From assembly GCA_015680685.1 (NCBI GenBank), contig MNCI01001419.1, positions 177,492-241,491 on the forward strand: a DNA stretch of 64,000 bases, given 5' to 3'. Position numbers and translations under genes: made by a program. This document shows, piece after piece, positions 27,721 through 41,460 of this stretch. The notes under the pieces are model-generated. The model was not told where the DNA came from. It was given only the letters and a program-made list of their open reading frames with translations, and did not search any database. The DNA is from Gnetum montanum. Its lineage: Eukaryota; Plantae; Gnetophyta. The first letter of the stretch is position 1. Every line of letters starts with the position of its first letter.

Positions 27721-28199
27721 CACAATCGATCTACCTTGGTGAGGCATAGTCAAATCTCCTAATTGCTAATATCATCATATGAATCTTAGTTCGTGACGTT
27801 CATATTCAATATGATATACTTTATAGTTCTTTTATAAATGTATGGATCATCCTGGACATATGACATATTTGGTGGTGGTTTGTGGCTCTCCTTGGATCTT
27901 GGCTCTATGGTTGATCATCAAGTTGTAGTTGGTCCATGATTCTAATTAGTCCTTGGATCATGGTTTTCTTCGATACCAAATGTGACATCTTATTCCTAGA
28001 TGTTATGGCAAACACCAATATATGTTTTATTAGACATTATGTAGAAGTAGATACTATACCAGAAACCATATATATGCAACATTTGACATTATGCATAGAG
28101 AAAATAACAAGGAAAATGTGAAAGGAAAAAAGAAGAATGCTTTGTTGATGCAAAATAGTGTATTTGGATCATCCTGTGAGATTGTTCATTTCATTTTTT

Positions 28200-29362
28200 T
28201 GTTGACCTTTTAGTATGTCAAAAAATTAAGGAAAATGAAGAACAATGATGTTTGTATGATTTTCTTTTTATTTACAAAAGTAACAGAAAAGGACTCAAGA
28301 CATCACAAGCAAAGTATGGATCATAAGAACCCAAGGAAGCATGGATGAATATGAAGAATTCAAGAAAAATGTGTCTATTGTTGTTGAAGATGATTCTTGG
28401 ATGTTTTAGCATATTTTGAAGTATTTTTGGCTCCTTTTGATGAGTCTATGAGGTTATAAGTTCTATGGGAACCTATTTGGAGGCATCTGAAGGCTCCTAG
28501 CATCAAAGCAAATAGTTTCAATTTTGGGCCTTTCAAAAGAGACGTCTTTCCAATTTCATAGACATCTTTCAAAAATAGAAGACATCATTCTAGTGAGAAA
28601 GACATATGTCATGAAAAAAATATGTCTTTCCAAAATGAAGGCCTAATATAGAATGACATCTTAGTCTTGAAGAAAAGCTCTTCAATGATCATTAGGTGGT
28701 TCTTGCACAAATTCCAAGGTGACTTCAAAAACATATTGGCTATAACAAGACTTTACTCTCATTAGGAAATGTGAAGGATTTGTGTAGTATCAAGTGTCAT
28801 TGTTAAGAAATCATTGCATACATCATTCTCTTGTTATTTTTCCTCATTGTACTATCTCTTGTTTGTTATAATTCCTTAAAGTGAGCTATACCTCAAAGTG
28901 CAAGGATTAGCAAACCTAGTTACATTCTTTCCTTGTGATTATTGTTCTCTATTGTTCCCTTGAGGGGTTAACATGATTCTTGTAGAAAAGAATCTTGCTT
29001 AAGCTTTTTGGCATCCTACAGGATTGAGTGTTGGTGTAATGCTACACCACTCTAGAGTGAAGCTCAAGTTGTAAAGGTTATGGCATCCTAGAAATCACAT
29101 TCTTATCTTATCAGGACCTTGCAAGGTTGAGTGAGCTCGTAGCATCAAGTCACTCCAAAGTAGATCTTAGAGCTTGTATAGGATGTGGTACCCTTCAAAC
29201 CATGTTTTTGAAGGAACAAAGTCTAGAGGTGTTCTTACAAACTACCCTTCAAGTGTGGACTACCCAAGTTTGGGAACCGTGTTAAATTTTATGTCTATGT
29301 TTTGTCTCAATGATTTAAATTTGATGAACTTATTCATCCCCACTGTCCTTCTAATTTTAATT
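28200..29362 (+). mobile_element. Solo LTR of the Sirevirus-like family
   Basis: Starts TGTTGACCTTTTAGTATGTCAAAA; homologous along its length to the reverse complement of 24224-25288; no adjacent PBS or PPT; TSD not resolved. Confidence 0.85.
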
Positions 29363-30559
29363 ATCCTTATTTTCTTCCTTTGTCATCTATCCCTTAGAGG
29401 CGATCCAACACTTCCATTGTAGTTAAGCCTACAACTAGCCAGAAGGAATAGCCACTTCTTTTCCTATCCTACTTGACTTGGCACTTGTTACTCACCTTTT
29501 ACTAGCTCTACAACTTTATGCTGAGATGACCTCTAAGCTTGGGTATAAACACCTTAGGTGAAGTCTCCAAAGGTATTTCATTGATACACTTCCCTCACAT
29601 GTAATTGTTCATATAAATGTGATCTAAATATTTTTAAAAATCTAATATTTGCAAATTAATCCCTCCAAAATAAAAATTATAACATATATTTCTTATATTC
29701 CAGATTATCAATTTGGTTCTATCCACATTTATTCAAATACTAGATCAGTAGCACTAATATTATAAAATTTGCAATATATTTTACATACCTTCTATAGTGG
29801 TGGATATTAAGAGAACATCATCTATATACAAATAAAGATTCCCTACATGGAATCCAATTTTGATAACATGACTATCTTGCCCCTTACATAATCATTCTTT
29901 TATTTTATCAATAAACATACCAAAGAGAGTTAGAAAAGTAAACAATCTTACTTAACTTTAATTTTTCTCTAGAATTAATATTTTTTTCTATAAATTACTA
30001 TTTATAGTTTCAATAATCACTTCCTCATATAATCTTTGAGTTTTTGTATTGAAATCAAAGGAGACTAATTTTAAATAAACATAATCATAGTTTTATCTAA
30101 ACCATAAAATAATATACTTTTACAAAATTATAAAATAAATAAATTTTTTTTTGTTATGCTAGTGGACCGATTTTATCTAAAACTTGCTCAATACTTTGTC
30201 TCAACTTGGCTAATTTTAGCTCAAGAATTAATTCTCTTTTCTAATAGAGTATCTAAAAATTTAGTAAAAATATTATTCACAACCATTATTTGGTAATTAT
30301 TCAAGTTATTTTTATTCCACTTTTTATATAACAAAATAACCTTACTAGTTTTCTAATGTTGATGTAATCCTTGATCCATTATTGAATTTAATTTGTGTCA
30401 AATATTTCTATGAATAATAAGTCTTGCTCACTTGAATAATTCTACATATAAACCATATGAATCCATAGCTTTTCCAGATTCTAGCTTTTAATACCCTCTA
30501 TCACTTTTTTAAGTGTAAATCAAAAGGATTCTATCTTTTAATACCCTCTCTACCCTTAT

Positions 30560-33500
30560 CTTCTAGTAACGCAGAATGAGTACGACTTAATCACAAGCAT
30601 TTTAGTGTGACTACTTGGTAACCCAGTAGTGTACCTACGCCATGTGCTTGGTAATCCCAGTTGTAGTCATGCATAAGGTCCAAGATGTGTATGGATGATT
30701 AAGGAACAGATGCTCATTACACTTAGGCTAGTTTAGATTCTCTCTCATCCTCTCTTCTAGCTTAGTTGATATTATTTCCCATCATACCTAGGAGTAGCAT
30801 TAGTGTAGGAACACATCATACACGTCACTCTCAACTAAACCATAAGTGACAAAGCTAATAATTGTCTAGGTGGGAAGACAGCGAACAGTGATCTACGAGT
30901 AACTATCTAGATACCACAACTAGTCCATCTGTGGAGTTCGACTGGATCATGCATGAAGTTCTTGTATTCATATGGTTGAGTGTAGGGGTACCTCATCACT
31001 CATCATTGGCACCGTTGCTAGGGATGAAGCTAGTTATCTAGATTAGTTATATCATACAAGGTCACTGTATAGGAATTAACGATATATCTTTTAGGAAGAA
31101 ATAATTACAAAAAGTCACATACAAATTCACACACAATTTAACAATCATGCCTCTCCTACAAGACTACAATAATGCCACATCTAGTGAGGAAATTCATTGG
31201 AGAACCAATGAATTATATGACAATGAAGGTTGGAGTATGCAATTTGAGGTGGGGGTTTCTTATAAACATAAACAAAGGTAGCATCGTCCCAACGCACGAA
31301 AGCGTAACTTCCTCGATGAAGATGAACCCCTACTGGCCACTACAAGCCTAACAAAAATACAAGAGGTTGTTCGAATCCCCATAGGCATCGTAAAGAGAGC
31401 CTCCTACCAAGGCTTGATTTAAACAAATTTTCCAATTTATCAGGAGGCTATGAATTAGATTTGCAACAACATTTACAAGGCTTCTACAATGCCTATGCAT
31501 GGAACAACATTGATAATGGTTGACAAAAAATCAAGCTCTTTCCTATGACACTCGTTGGCCAAGAAAAAGTATGGTATAGATCGTTAAAACCAAATTCAAT
31601 ACAACGTTGGCCAACAATGGTAAAACTCCTTAACGAAAGATATCAAACTTACGCAAGAGTGTCAGCCTTGAGGAAACAAATCCAAAAGTGGAAAGAAGCA
31701 CAGCATGAACCCTTGGACATGGCCTTAGAAAGATATTATGCACTATTAAACAACTGTCCAGGCCATGAGTTCTTTGAGGAAAGGCTAATGTACCATATCA
31801 TTGATGGGCTTCGTAATGAGACAAGAGAGACCCTACGGATGTATGCCCAAGATCAACTATATGAACTATGAACCCATCAATTCCAAGAGCTTATTAAGTG
31901 GGTACAAGAGAAGAAGGAGAAATGGCTATATGGGAGAGCGTTAAAAAACATCAACGGGACCAAAATCTTAACTTAACAAAGGTCCTTAATCACAAAAAGG
32001 AGAAATCAACCTATCTCAAGAAGGAAGAACCATCTTTGCTAGTACAACAATCATTAGAGGAAATCAAGGCAAGATCAATAAGATGCTGGAATGAATGCAT
32101 AAAAAGTGTGGGGAATATATCAATATTATTGGAGATAGAGTTTTCACAACCTGAGAAGTAGGAAAAAATATCATTAGACAATCAGAAAAAAGGGATGAGG
32201 AAAATAAGATCTCAAATGCCAATCATACCTATGAATGCAACATTTTCTATACAATCATCCCAAGGGCCAATGCCAAATCTTGTTACATTTATATGAGCTT
32301 TGGGGAAGCACGTTACACCTAGAGTTTGTACAAAGATACTATGTTCGATCACAGGGGCAACAATCCCAGTCATGGGGGAAGCCATCCCTAAACTGGGGAC
32401 ATCCTTCCTATCATCCGAATCTAAATGCTTATCTAGTTTAACATCCTATTTCCCCAACTAGGTCAACATACTCTATCTCAACGCATTATTATTCTACTCA
32501 ATACTATCAACCCATGTCCTCAACACAACCACCGCCTTGTGTTCCTTACACTTCTGCTAAATTTCAACATTCTCATCCTTTTCCTCCTTCTACATCGCCA
32601 CCAACTATTCCTGAAGTGTCTGCACCATAGCAACAACCCACGAATGTTACTTATGCTACTATTGCAAACAACAGTGAGAGACCTCCTCAACATCAAAGGT
32701 GTACATTCTTTAGACATGACTGTAGGAAGGGACAACATAGTTCCAAGGCCACTGCATTCTCCAACTTAGCACAAGTCCAACACTATGGTGCATCCTTCTC
32801 CTTGAACCCAACACCTCATGTCACCTCATTAGGACCACCAATTAACACTCCCACAACCATACAGCCCAATGAATACAACCACGGAGGATGACATCCCAAT
32901 CCTTGCATGCCATCTTATGATCTCAAGTATCATGGTCAACTCTTCATATGCCAAACTGCTAAAGTCACCAACTACAAGAAAAATCACTAGTGAGACACTG
33001 GGGCTAGAACAAGAAAAATAACAGATGGTAGGGCCAACTACAACTCAAATTCCAAGACCCAGCCAACTTCCAAACACGAGACCTAGTCAACAAAAAGAAG
33101 TAGGACCTAGCATGAGCTAGTAGGATCAACCACTGCCACCATCGCAAGATTACAAACTATCGATGAGCCATCTCGGGGCCATCTCTAAGATGGTCAATTA
33201 CGAAAGTCGTGATGATGAAAATCTCTTCCGTGTCATCAACGATGCTGTATAGCCTACGGTTTCTATGGATCGCATGCAGGGTGAAGTGTCCATTCAGATA
33301 GGAGGAGGAGAGAGTGCTTGGTCACAACAGATTTCAGGGAATGCTGCGTCCTTTCAGGTGCAGTTGGAAACTGGTGAAGGGGCCACAGTGATGGCTACGT
33401 AGCATTAGGATGTAGCAAGAGTCATAGAAGTGGTTGTAGATCACATTAAAGAATCATTCAATGTATCTATTTTTTCACTGGTAGATCTTATAGGAGCATG

Positions 33501-35263
33501 GGATGCTCAAACTTTGGCTAGTACCTTAATGACTCCTTCGGAACATGAGGATGTACTTGACTGATTGTTACAAACAGGATAAGTAATGATGTCCTTGTTT
33601 GACATCCCATAGGATGTTACAACAATATAATCAGACCTCATTTCCACCAAGGGGAAGTTGGTCATGACGGAGATGAGGGCCAAGCATGTTCAAGCAAAAG
33701 TGCAAAGATTGCAAGAAAGGCTTGTGACCTGGCAAGTAGTGCAGCGAGATCCTTCTCAATTTGTTCTCGTAGACCAGCTAGACACTTTCAGAACTAAGAA
33801 ATTTAATAAATTGTTGATAGAGAATAAAAGAGTCATGGAAGAAAAAGAGAATGTTGTTTGGGATGCCTCTGTGGCACAAGTGAAAACTTACATGCACGTC
33901 AAAACACTCAAAGCCTTACAAGAGGAAAATAAACAACTTGTTGTTGACAACCTTCAATTGACCTCTATGGAGAAATAAAAGAATGTTCTTGAGGAAAATT
34001 TTCAATAGTTGTGAGAATAACTAATCAAGGTCAACTAGGACATGAACCATTTAGCCAGGAAAATTGGATCCTCTCGATGGAGGAGGTACACGCCATCCAT
34101 CAGAAGATGGCCATTGAAATAAGCACATGGCAGAATGAGGCTAAATGACATGAGAAACTAAAGGAGCATTTCTGGGACTAGGTGGGGATGTATAAACAAA
34201 TCATCGAAAAGGAGATCTATATGGCCAAGGCCCACATCAATGCTCTTAGTGCTCAACACACTAACTAGTGGGGCATATTGGACACATACACATTTGTCGA
34301 CCCAGCTAAAGTTAAGAGCCGAGACCTACAAATCTAGGACCTTACAGAGTACATGGAGTTAGAAAACCTACAATATGCCAATCTTGCCATGTTAACAGTA
34401 GGGTGCTTGAGAATAGAGCTTGAGCAACAGGTAGCCACCACCTATGTCATATATGAAAGAGAATTTGCAAAACGCAAGAAAACATTGCAAACGTTGGATG
34501 TTGCAAATTCTAAACTCAAGGTGGTTAAAGAAAGCTACCAGGGGCAGAAAGGTGTCGCAACAGACTTGGCTTGATGGCTCATAGATTTTCAAGAATACAA
34601 AGACAAAGCCAGAGCCTACGAGGAGGAATAGTGGGTGTTTGCGGCTTGGTATGTTAAAGCAAATAAAATGTTTCTGGAACTACCGTGATCATGGGAAGTT
34701 CCAACTCCATTAAACATTGGAACATTAGCATGGACAACATAGGATTCTCAAACTGAAGAGGAGAAACTCTAGGTCATACTTCGACACCATCAAATCCCAA
34801 GACCTGGAGTGCAAAACAAGGGAAAGGCACCCATGGAGGAGCCACCACCACCAGGAACTACATGAGTTTCACCCAATTTTGTACTTATAGGATTTTATTT
34901 TACATTCTTCATGTTGCGTCTCAATTTTTTTCTGATTCCACACTATGGCATGAATCCATTCTAGTTAGTCAATAATCCCATACCTATCCACTGTGTAACC
35001 TCACTTTAACTCAAGGATGAGTTTTCATTCATTCATGGGGGTATGATGAGTCGTGAATTGTTAGCCATGATATCGTACCCATGATATCACGTATGCAATA
35101 TCATGTACCCGATATCACAGCCTAGACGAGATATCACAACCTATCTCCTCATTTATAAATAAGAGGCGATACCACAACTAGTCTGTCTACGGAGTTCAAC
35201 CGAATCGTGTGTGAAGTGCTCGTATTCGTATGGTTGAGTGTAGGGGTACCTCGCCACTCATCA
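30560..35263 (+). mobile_element. Non-autonomous Athila-related element (partial 5' LTR, PBS, gag, accessory coiled-coil region, internally deleted 3' LTR; no pol)
   Basis: LTR end CACTCATCA at 31005, PBS TGGCACCGTTGCTAGGGA, gag KLFPMTLVGQEKVWYRSLKPNSIQRW, ATGGGGGTA then TGATGAGT at 35044, CACTCATCA at 35263. Confidence 0.85.
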
Positions 35264-35589
35264 ACAGGCTAGCATCCCTTGGGGTGATCATATTGGCACA
35301 TAGTACTATCTTCTTCCTCATCCAAACTTATTCTTGAATAGTCAACCACTAAAGCTACTCTTCCTTTTTGTCCAAAGTCTCTTTTCTTTTTTTTCCTTCC
35401 CTTTGACAAGGGCCTACTCAGTTCTGTCCTTCATAATTTTCAGAGTTGTTACAAACTTTTCATCTACTAAATGCAACATTTTTTCTAGCTTTGTTGTAAT
35501 ATTAATTATAGATTTCTAAATAGGTAGCATTTTCTTCTATACTATCTCATCCAAGATTTTCTCCTCGTATGGATCACATATTCATACAC

Positions 35590-36320
35590 CCCTTTTGCAA
35601 ATAGATGGGTCTCTACTATACTCTTCTACTAGTTCTCTTTTCTTTAATTTTTCTCCTTCTTTTTCCACTTGATTAATGGATCTTTGGATTTAATGGGAAT
35701 GCATCTCTGATAGCTAGCCTTCAGCATTAATCCCAAGGATATCTCTGGTCTTATTTTTAATCTCATCAACAATGTGCCTGATTGCTCCCTTGAAGAAAAT
35801 CCATGGCCTGGACATATATGTAGGAGTGAACAATCTCTATCCATTGTTGCATCAAGGGATTCATAGGTCCCTTGCTTCCATCATTGGATTTTTCCTAAGG
35901 TTTAACACCTAGGAATAGGTTTGATACTTCTCATTAGAAAGTTCAAGCATGATAATCCATCTCCTAATTAATTTTGGTTTCAATGATTTGTACTAGCTTT
36001 AAGCCTCTTTGACAAGTGTCCTAAGGAATAACTTGAGTTTTTGCTAATCACTTTCTATGTTTTGTATGGCGTAGGCATCATGGAATGCTTGAAGGTGGTG
36101 TTGTGGATTTGCATTATATTCACCCTCAAATCTAGACATGTTATTCATATTTAGCCACTTGATACAACTATCTCTTATGTGCCTAGTTGGAATATAAATA
36201 GCTTCCTATATGTTGATCATGTTTTGAGTTGCCAATAGGAGCTCTACACGTTCATAGGATTTGTTTGCTCTATTATAGTGATGCCTCCTTCGATGCCAAT
36301 AGGGCCTTTGTTGTATTGGG
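35590..36320 (-). mobile_element. Athila-family gag fragment
   Basis: Reverse complement aligns with ~9430-10090 (e.g. MNNMSRFEGEYNANPQHHLQAFHDAYA; HICPGHGFSSREQ). Confidence 0.85.
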
Positions 36321-36399
36321 AAAACCATGAAATAATAATATTGAGATTACCAAATGATCATACTTAATTCTTGAAATTAGTCATATCCATTCGACTTAC

Positions 36400-37688
36400 T
36401 ATTAATAAGTAAAAATAAACTGCTTGGAAAAACTAAAGTATTATGATAGTAAAACAGTAAACATTAAGCTAAGTAAAATAATAAACTAAGAGAATGCTGC
36501 AATGATGGGAAATAATTTTGATCTTTATTTTTATTACAACTTGTGTCCAAGTTTAAAATGCTCAAACAAAGACATTGTCCAACTATAATACATCACACTA
36601 TGGAAATTTTCTCTTCTAATTGCTAAGTACAAGAAATACAAGAGTTTGGTTATGATGGGAATGAATGAAAGGTTTTTTTTACATAAATTGCATGCCCAAG
36701 TATTGTATTTATAGGGTTGCACACATCCTAAGACATCACATCAACGATGATGTATCATATGTTGTGACATCATATTAATGACATCATTGATATGTCATCA
36801 TTGCTATGATGCCGTATGATGACAAAATTTGACTTTATCACCCGTTGACGTAGCTAAATGCATTAACACATCCCCATCAATGTAGGAAAATGATTTAATG
36901 CATTTTCATTGATGCAATGCCTCTATTTGTCTATAATTATGTAAGAACCCATTGCGTACTTGGCACCATTTGGTTAGTAGTCTAGCCAGACTCTTGCAGT
37001 TTTATTTCATAATCTTAGCAAACAATCAGTGAGTGCCTACAATATGGATTTGAGTCAATTTTATGGTGTCTTATTCAAGTGGCATTGTACTTGGACACAT
37101 TCCATGAACAACAATAAGATCGAGATTGGTTCATATTCATTGCAGCACTTTAACTTAGAATAGATTTACTTTTAATGCAATTTACTTTCGATGTACTTAG
37201 TTAATATTTTACATTTTCTTGTATATTAATCAATTGGCAGAATGAGCATAACTAGTTTGAGCGTAAACATGTATTCACTTGGTAGTCCTAGCAACACTAT
37301 TGCTTGATCTGCGTAGTAGTATAACAATTGGTAATCCTAGTAGTGGATACATGAGTTCAGGACGTGTACAGCAAGCTAGGAACAAACACTCATTGCCTTT
37401 AGGCTAACTTAGGATTTATCTTCTTATTATTAATTAATTTAAATAATTAATTTCTACATTATTATCTAGTTAGTTTAAGTTTCATACAACATCAATAATC
37501 ATATGCCTCACTTTGGACTAAACAATATATCATAAAGCTACAACTAGTTCAAGTGAGAAGACAACGGTCTGTGATCAATGCCTAACAATTTAGATACCAT
37601 GCTAGTTCCATCCATGGAATTTGACTGGATTTCTTGTCAATGCTTGTGATTCATATGGTTGGGCATAGGAGGCACCCACAACTCATCA
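36400..37688. repeat. Two Athila-family LTR remnants head to head (minus ~36400-36800; plus ~36800-37688)
   Basis: The plus copy ends ATGGTTGGGCATAGG...ACTCATCA with no PBS; the minus copy has TATAAATA at ~36707-36714 and LTR-like downstream sequence. Confidence 0.65.
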
Positions 37689-38852
37689 TTAATAAATAAA
37701 ACTAGTGTTACACAACAATGTATCCCTATGGAAATTTTGTGTTTGAGGATGTAGGTATGATGTTTGGTATATTTTGGGTGTACAAATGAATGTGAGGTAC
37801 CAACAACTTTTTATTTGTTCTAAAATGCTTATAAAATACTTTGTTCTTCAAATTGTACTGTAATTTTTTAAGTTCATTGTATAATTAGATTGGATGCAGA
37901 GTATCTTTGAAAAAACTATTCTTCATATTCCAAAATGCTTTTCTATCAAAATAGTAATGAAACATTTTCAAGTACCTCATATGGTTGGCCTACATGCAAA
38001 ATATATCTTCAGATTCATGTCACATGCAACGTTCCTAGAAAATCATCCCATTCCAAGTACATTGAAGAATACCTACCTACATCCTAGTATCCTGGAAACA
38101 TGTGAACTAATTGATCCTACTCATAGACAAAGCTACAAATCTAAATAATTTAATGACTTCCTAAACATGGATGATAATCTAAGTAATGAGTAGTGGGTAG
38201 CTCTTATAGTCAACCATACAAATCACAAGCATTCACGTTTAATTTAGATTAATAGTATTGAAATTGATAAGGTGTGAGGTTGCGGCGTTAACTCAACCAC
38301 GTTAAACAATAACAGTTTAAATTCTTAATCATTTCCATGTTGAAGATCTTTCTGGCACACCGTACAGTTGAAACACGTAACTTCATCTTGAAAGTATCTT
38401 TCTCCTTTTTATGTTTACTTAGTTAAATTTATTTGAGACGCGGAGACGCAAATGTTGGGAGGCATTCAATCCCTAGCGAGGGTCTAGAGCGTGTAGGGTG
38501 AAGCATTTTGTTCTCTGTTTGACACCGTCTTTATCAGTTATCTGTGTCGTTTTATACACCGTCTTTTTGTAAGGGGATGATTCCATTTATATTCAATCCA
38601 TTTAATAATTTTGTTTTCTAGTGAGGGAGCGAGCGCATCTGATAGGATAAAGGGATTGGACACCCTTTTGAAAACCATGTTAATGGTAAATATCTATGAG
38701 GGAGCCCGGCATCCGATGGGATAAGGGGATCGGATAAGTTTGTGAAAATATCTGATCGTGAGATATCAAACTCTGGTTTAAGAGCCGTACAACTTTCAAG
38801 CTGTCCAGATATTTATCTTTCATTTGTACATGTAGCAATAATGGAGCAGGTT

Positions 38853-40399
38853 CCTGCATCCTCGTCAGTACATCCAGAAGCAATTCCCGACTGATCCACG
38901 CTGGATGCAGCTCTTTGGAAGGAAATTCTCCCGAAAAAAATCAAGATGTTCGGGTGGCTGATCCTCCACCACACCCTCCCCATCCGGACATTATTGCATA
39001 TTAGGGGCATGGCAATCAGTACCCATTGCCCCTTGTCCAATCACTATACTGAGACGCTGCAGCACTTCATACATGAGTGCCACGTTACCAGACAATTCTG
39101 GCATACGGCCGGTCTCCATCCCATTAATGTTTTTGGGAACTCATCGACGCTTACTACACTGTGGATTCTGTGGAAGGCCAGAAATGAATGCATCTTTAAA
39201 GGCGTGGCCTGCCCTCCCCCGACTGTGTTATCTGGCAGGTTCAGGAAATTCTGGCATGAAATTACTGCCGCGATGGACCGGCATACCCGCCTCGAACCTC
39301 CCGTGACAGCTATTCAACGTCTGCTGCGATGGACCAGCATAACCCTCTCGAACCTCCCATGACAACTATTCAACGTCACCCAGAGCTTTGGCAATGGGCC
39401 TCTCGCATGAGGTGGACTAAAATTTTGCCCAGAATTGCCGCTGACCCCGAGCTTGACACCCGCCCCTTTTACACAAATTGGCACGAGGAGACCACCGTGT
39501 TTAGAGGGCAGCAGATTCATATTACGGCGGCATCGGTTGCCGCCGTGATTGGGGTGTCTTTCAGCAATGCTCACATTCCCCTGGGTGGGTTCGCATGCGG
39601 CTACTCTCGATTTCTTCCAGGGCCCCATCCCGAAGATGGCCAGTGGACATATCAAGGGGACGGCCCTCTCGTCCAGTGGAAGGCGGCGGCGAAGTTGGTT
39701 GAACGTTTTTTCATCCATTCTGGGTCACACCACAAGCTAAATGGGGTGCACTTTAAATTCATTCAATGTATGCGCAACGACACCCCCATCAACCTCCCTT
39801 TGTTTCTCTAGGAGTCTCTGCGGAGGCGCCACCCTAACAGACATCCCAGGCTGATTCGTGCCCTGTGGTTGGCTAGCACTCCCTCCCTGCCAGCTCAACC
39901 TTCGGATCTTCAGGAGTCGCGAAAGCGAAAATGCCAGGGTTCCGACGAGGGGACCATGCTCCAGCACCCTGATGTTGGCCAAAATCAGAACCTGCTGAGA
40001 CTGCACCCTGAGAAGGACCCTTCGACAAGAAATGATACCGTCGCCAGCAACACGGGGGCAGCTTCCGAACCCCCCAGCATAGTCACCGATCCAGACGCTG
40101 CTTTGGATTGAGGGCGTCCTCAAGGATCATATGATGGGCATCGCTCAGACGATCGAGGAGAACCGGCGCCACCCCTCGGTGGGGCCTGGACAGCCGGAGT
40201 TTCTCGCTTTTGCTCCGGGGGCGGTGGTTGCCTGCCTTCCTGCAGGGATGCCTGTGGCGGGGGGAGGTTTGGCTCCTCGGGGGGTCCTTTTTGTCTTGGT
40301 TGGTGTGGGGCCAGCGGTTCTGGTCCGCACTACGCGCCTATGTAGCTCCTTTGTTTTTTTTGGAATATAATTTTTCTCTCCACCTTTTCAGAAAAAAAA
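38853..40399 (+). mobile_element. 5'-truncated L1-type LINE (zf-RVT end of ORF2 plus an extra 3' coding region)
   Basis: 16-bp TSD AATAATGGAGCAGGTT (38837-38852, 40400-40415), poly(A) tail, and zf-RVT motifs WKEILPKKIKMFGWLILH..CPLS..ETLQHFIHEC..FW and LWILWKARNECIF. Confidence 0.93.
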
Positions 40400-40540
40400 A
40401 ATAATGGAGCAGGTTTATGATATTTAGCTTTCATTTGTCTAGATATTTATCTTTCATTTGTACATGTAGCAAAAATGGAGCAGGTTTATGATATTTATCT
40501 TTCATTTATACATGTAGCAATAATGGAGTAGGCTTATGAT
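40400..40540 (+). repeat. ~48-bp minisatellite that was the LINE target (first unit at ~38806-38852)
   Basis: GATATTTATCTTTCATTTGTACATGTAGCAATAATGGAGCAGGTTTAT recurs on both sides of the LINE. Confidence 0.8.
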
Positions 40541-41022
40541 AGGACATAGTGGTCCAAACATTCATCTCTCATTCATCTCTCATTTGTATCATTCATGGAA
40601 TACCCTTGTGATACTACACCTACCTCTCTACCATATTGAAGGGTTGTGTTAAAGGCCTATGTTCGATTTTTTTTCTTTAAATATCTAAATATGAAAATTT
40701 TAATTCTTTCAATTTATGGTAAAAATTTTAATTCCAAGTATTTTAAATTTGAACCCTCATGGATGCTATGCTATATGGAATTACTATTCCAACTAAATTT
40801 TTTTGGACCAAGCAATTCAATTCTTCTTTGCAATTTTATTCGCGTGCCATGTCCTTGAGTAATAGTGGAAGGTGTTAGAAAAATAACATTTACCCTATAA
40901 TACTTTCATAGAAATTTGTTTATAATTCAGCATTATCTAATGGAATCAAACCTATGAATTAAAGCTTATAAATCAAAAGTCTTAATTATTATTATTTTTT
41001 TAAAGATACAATTTAGATGTGC

Positions 41023-41460
41023 TTTTAGATGCAATCAATGTTACTTATAATTACCCTAAAAATACAAATTTATGAAAAGAAAAACTTTCTAATCCACTAA
41101 GTTTGCAAAAGCAAAGAAATAATTTCTAATCCACTAAAACTTACTATAGTTGCATCTTATAGAAAACTGACATTGATTAACAATAAAATTAGTTTACACT
41201 TGAAGCCAAATTGCTATGAAAAAATAACAAATTAAATTGACAAAGCTAATATTCAAATTTGATTTTAGATACAATAAATGTTACTTATAATTACCCTAAA
41301 AACACAAATTTATGTAAAATTTCAAAAGCAAATAAAGAATTTCTAATCCACTAAAACTTACTATAGTTGCATCTTAAACAAAACTGACATTGATTAACAA
41401 AAAAATTGGTTTACACTCAAAGCCAAATTGCTATGGGAAATGACCAATTGAATTGACCAA
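41023..41460 (+). repeat. Tandem duplication, period ~240 bp
   Basis: AATGTTACTTATAATTACCCTAAAA and AATTTCTAATCCACTAAAACTTACTATAGTTGCATCTTA each occur twice in the same order. Confidence 0.85.

Noticed and set aside
39314-40123. Minus-strand ORFs inside the LINE
   Set aside because: Expected in GC-rich sequence; conservation with the second LINE is in the plus-strand frame.
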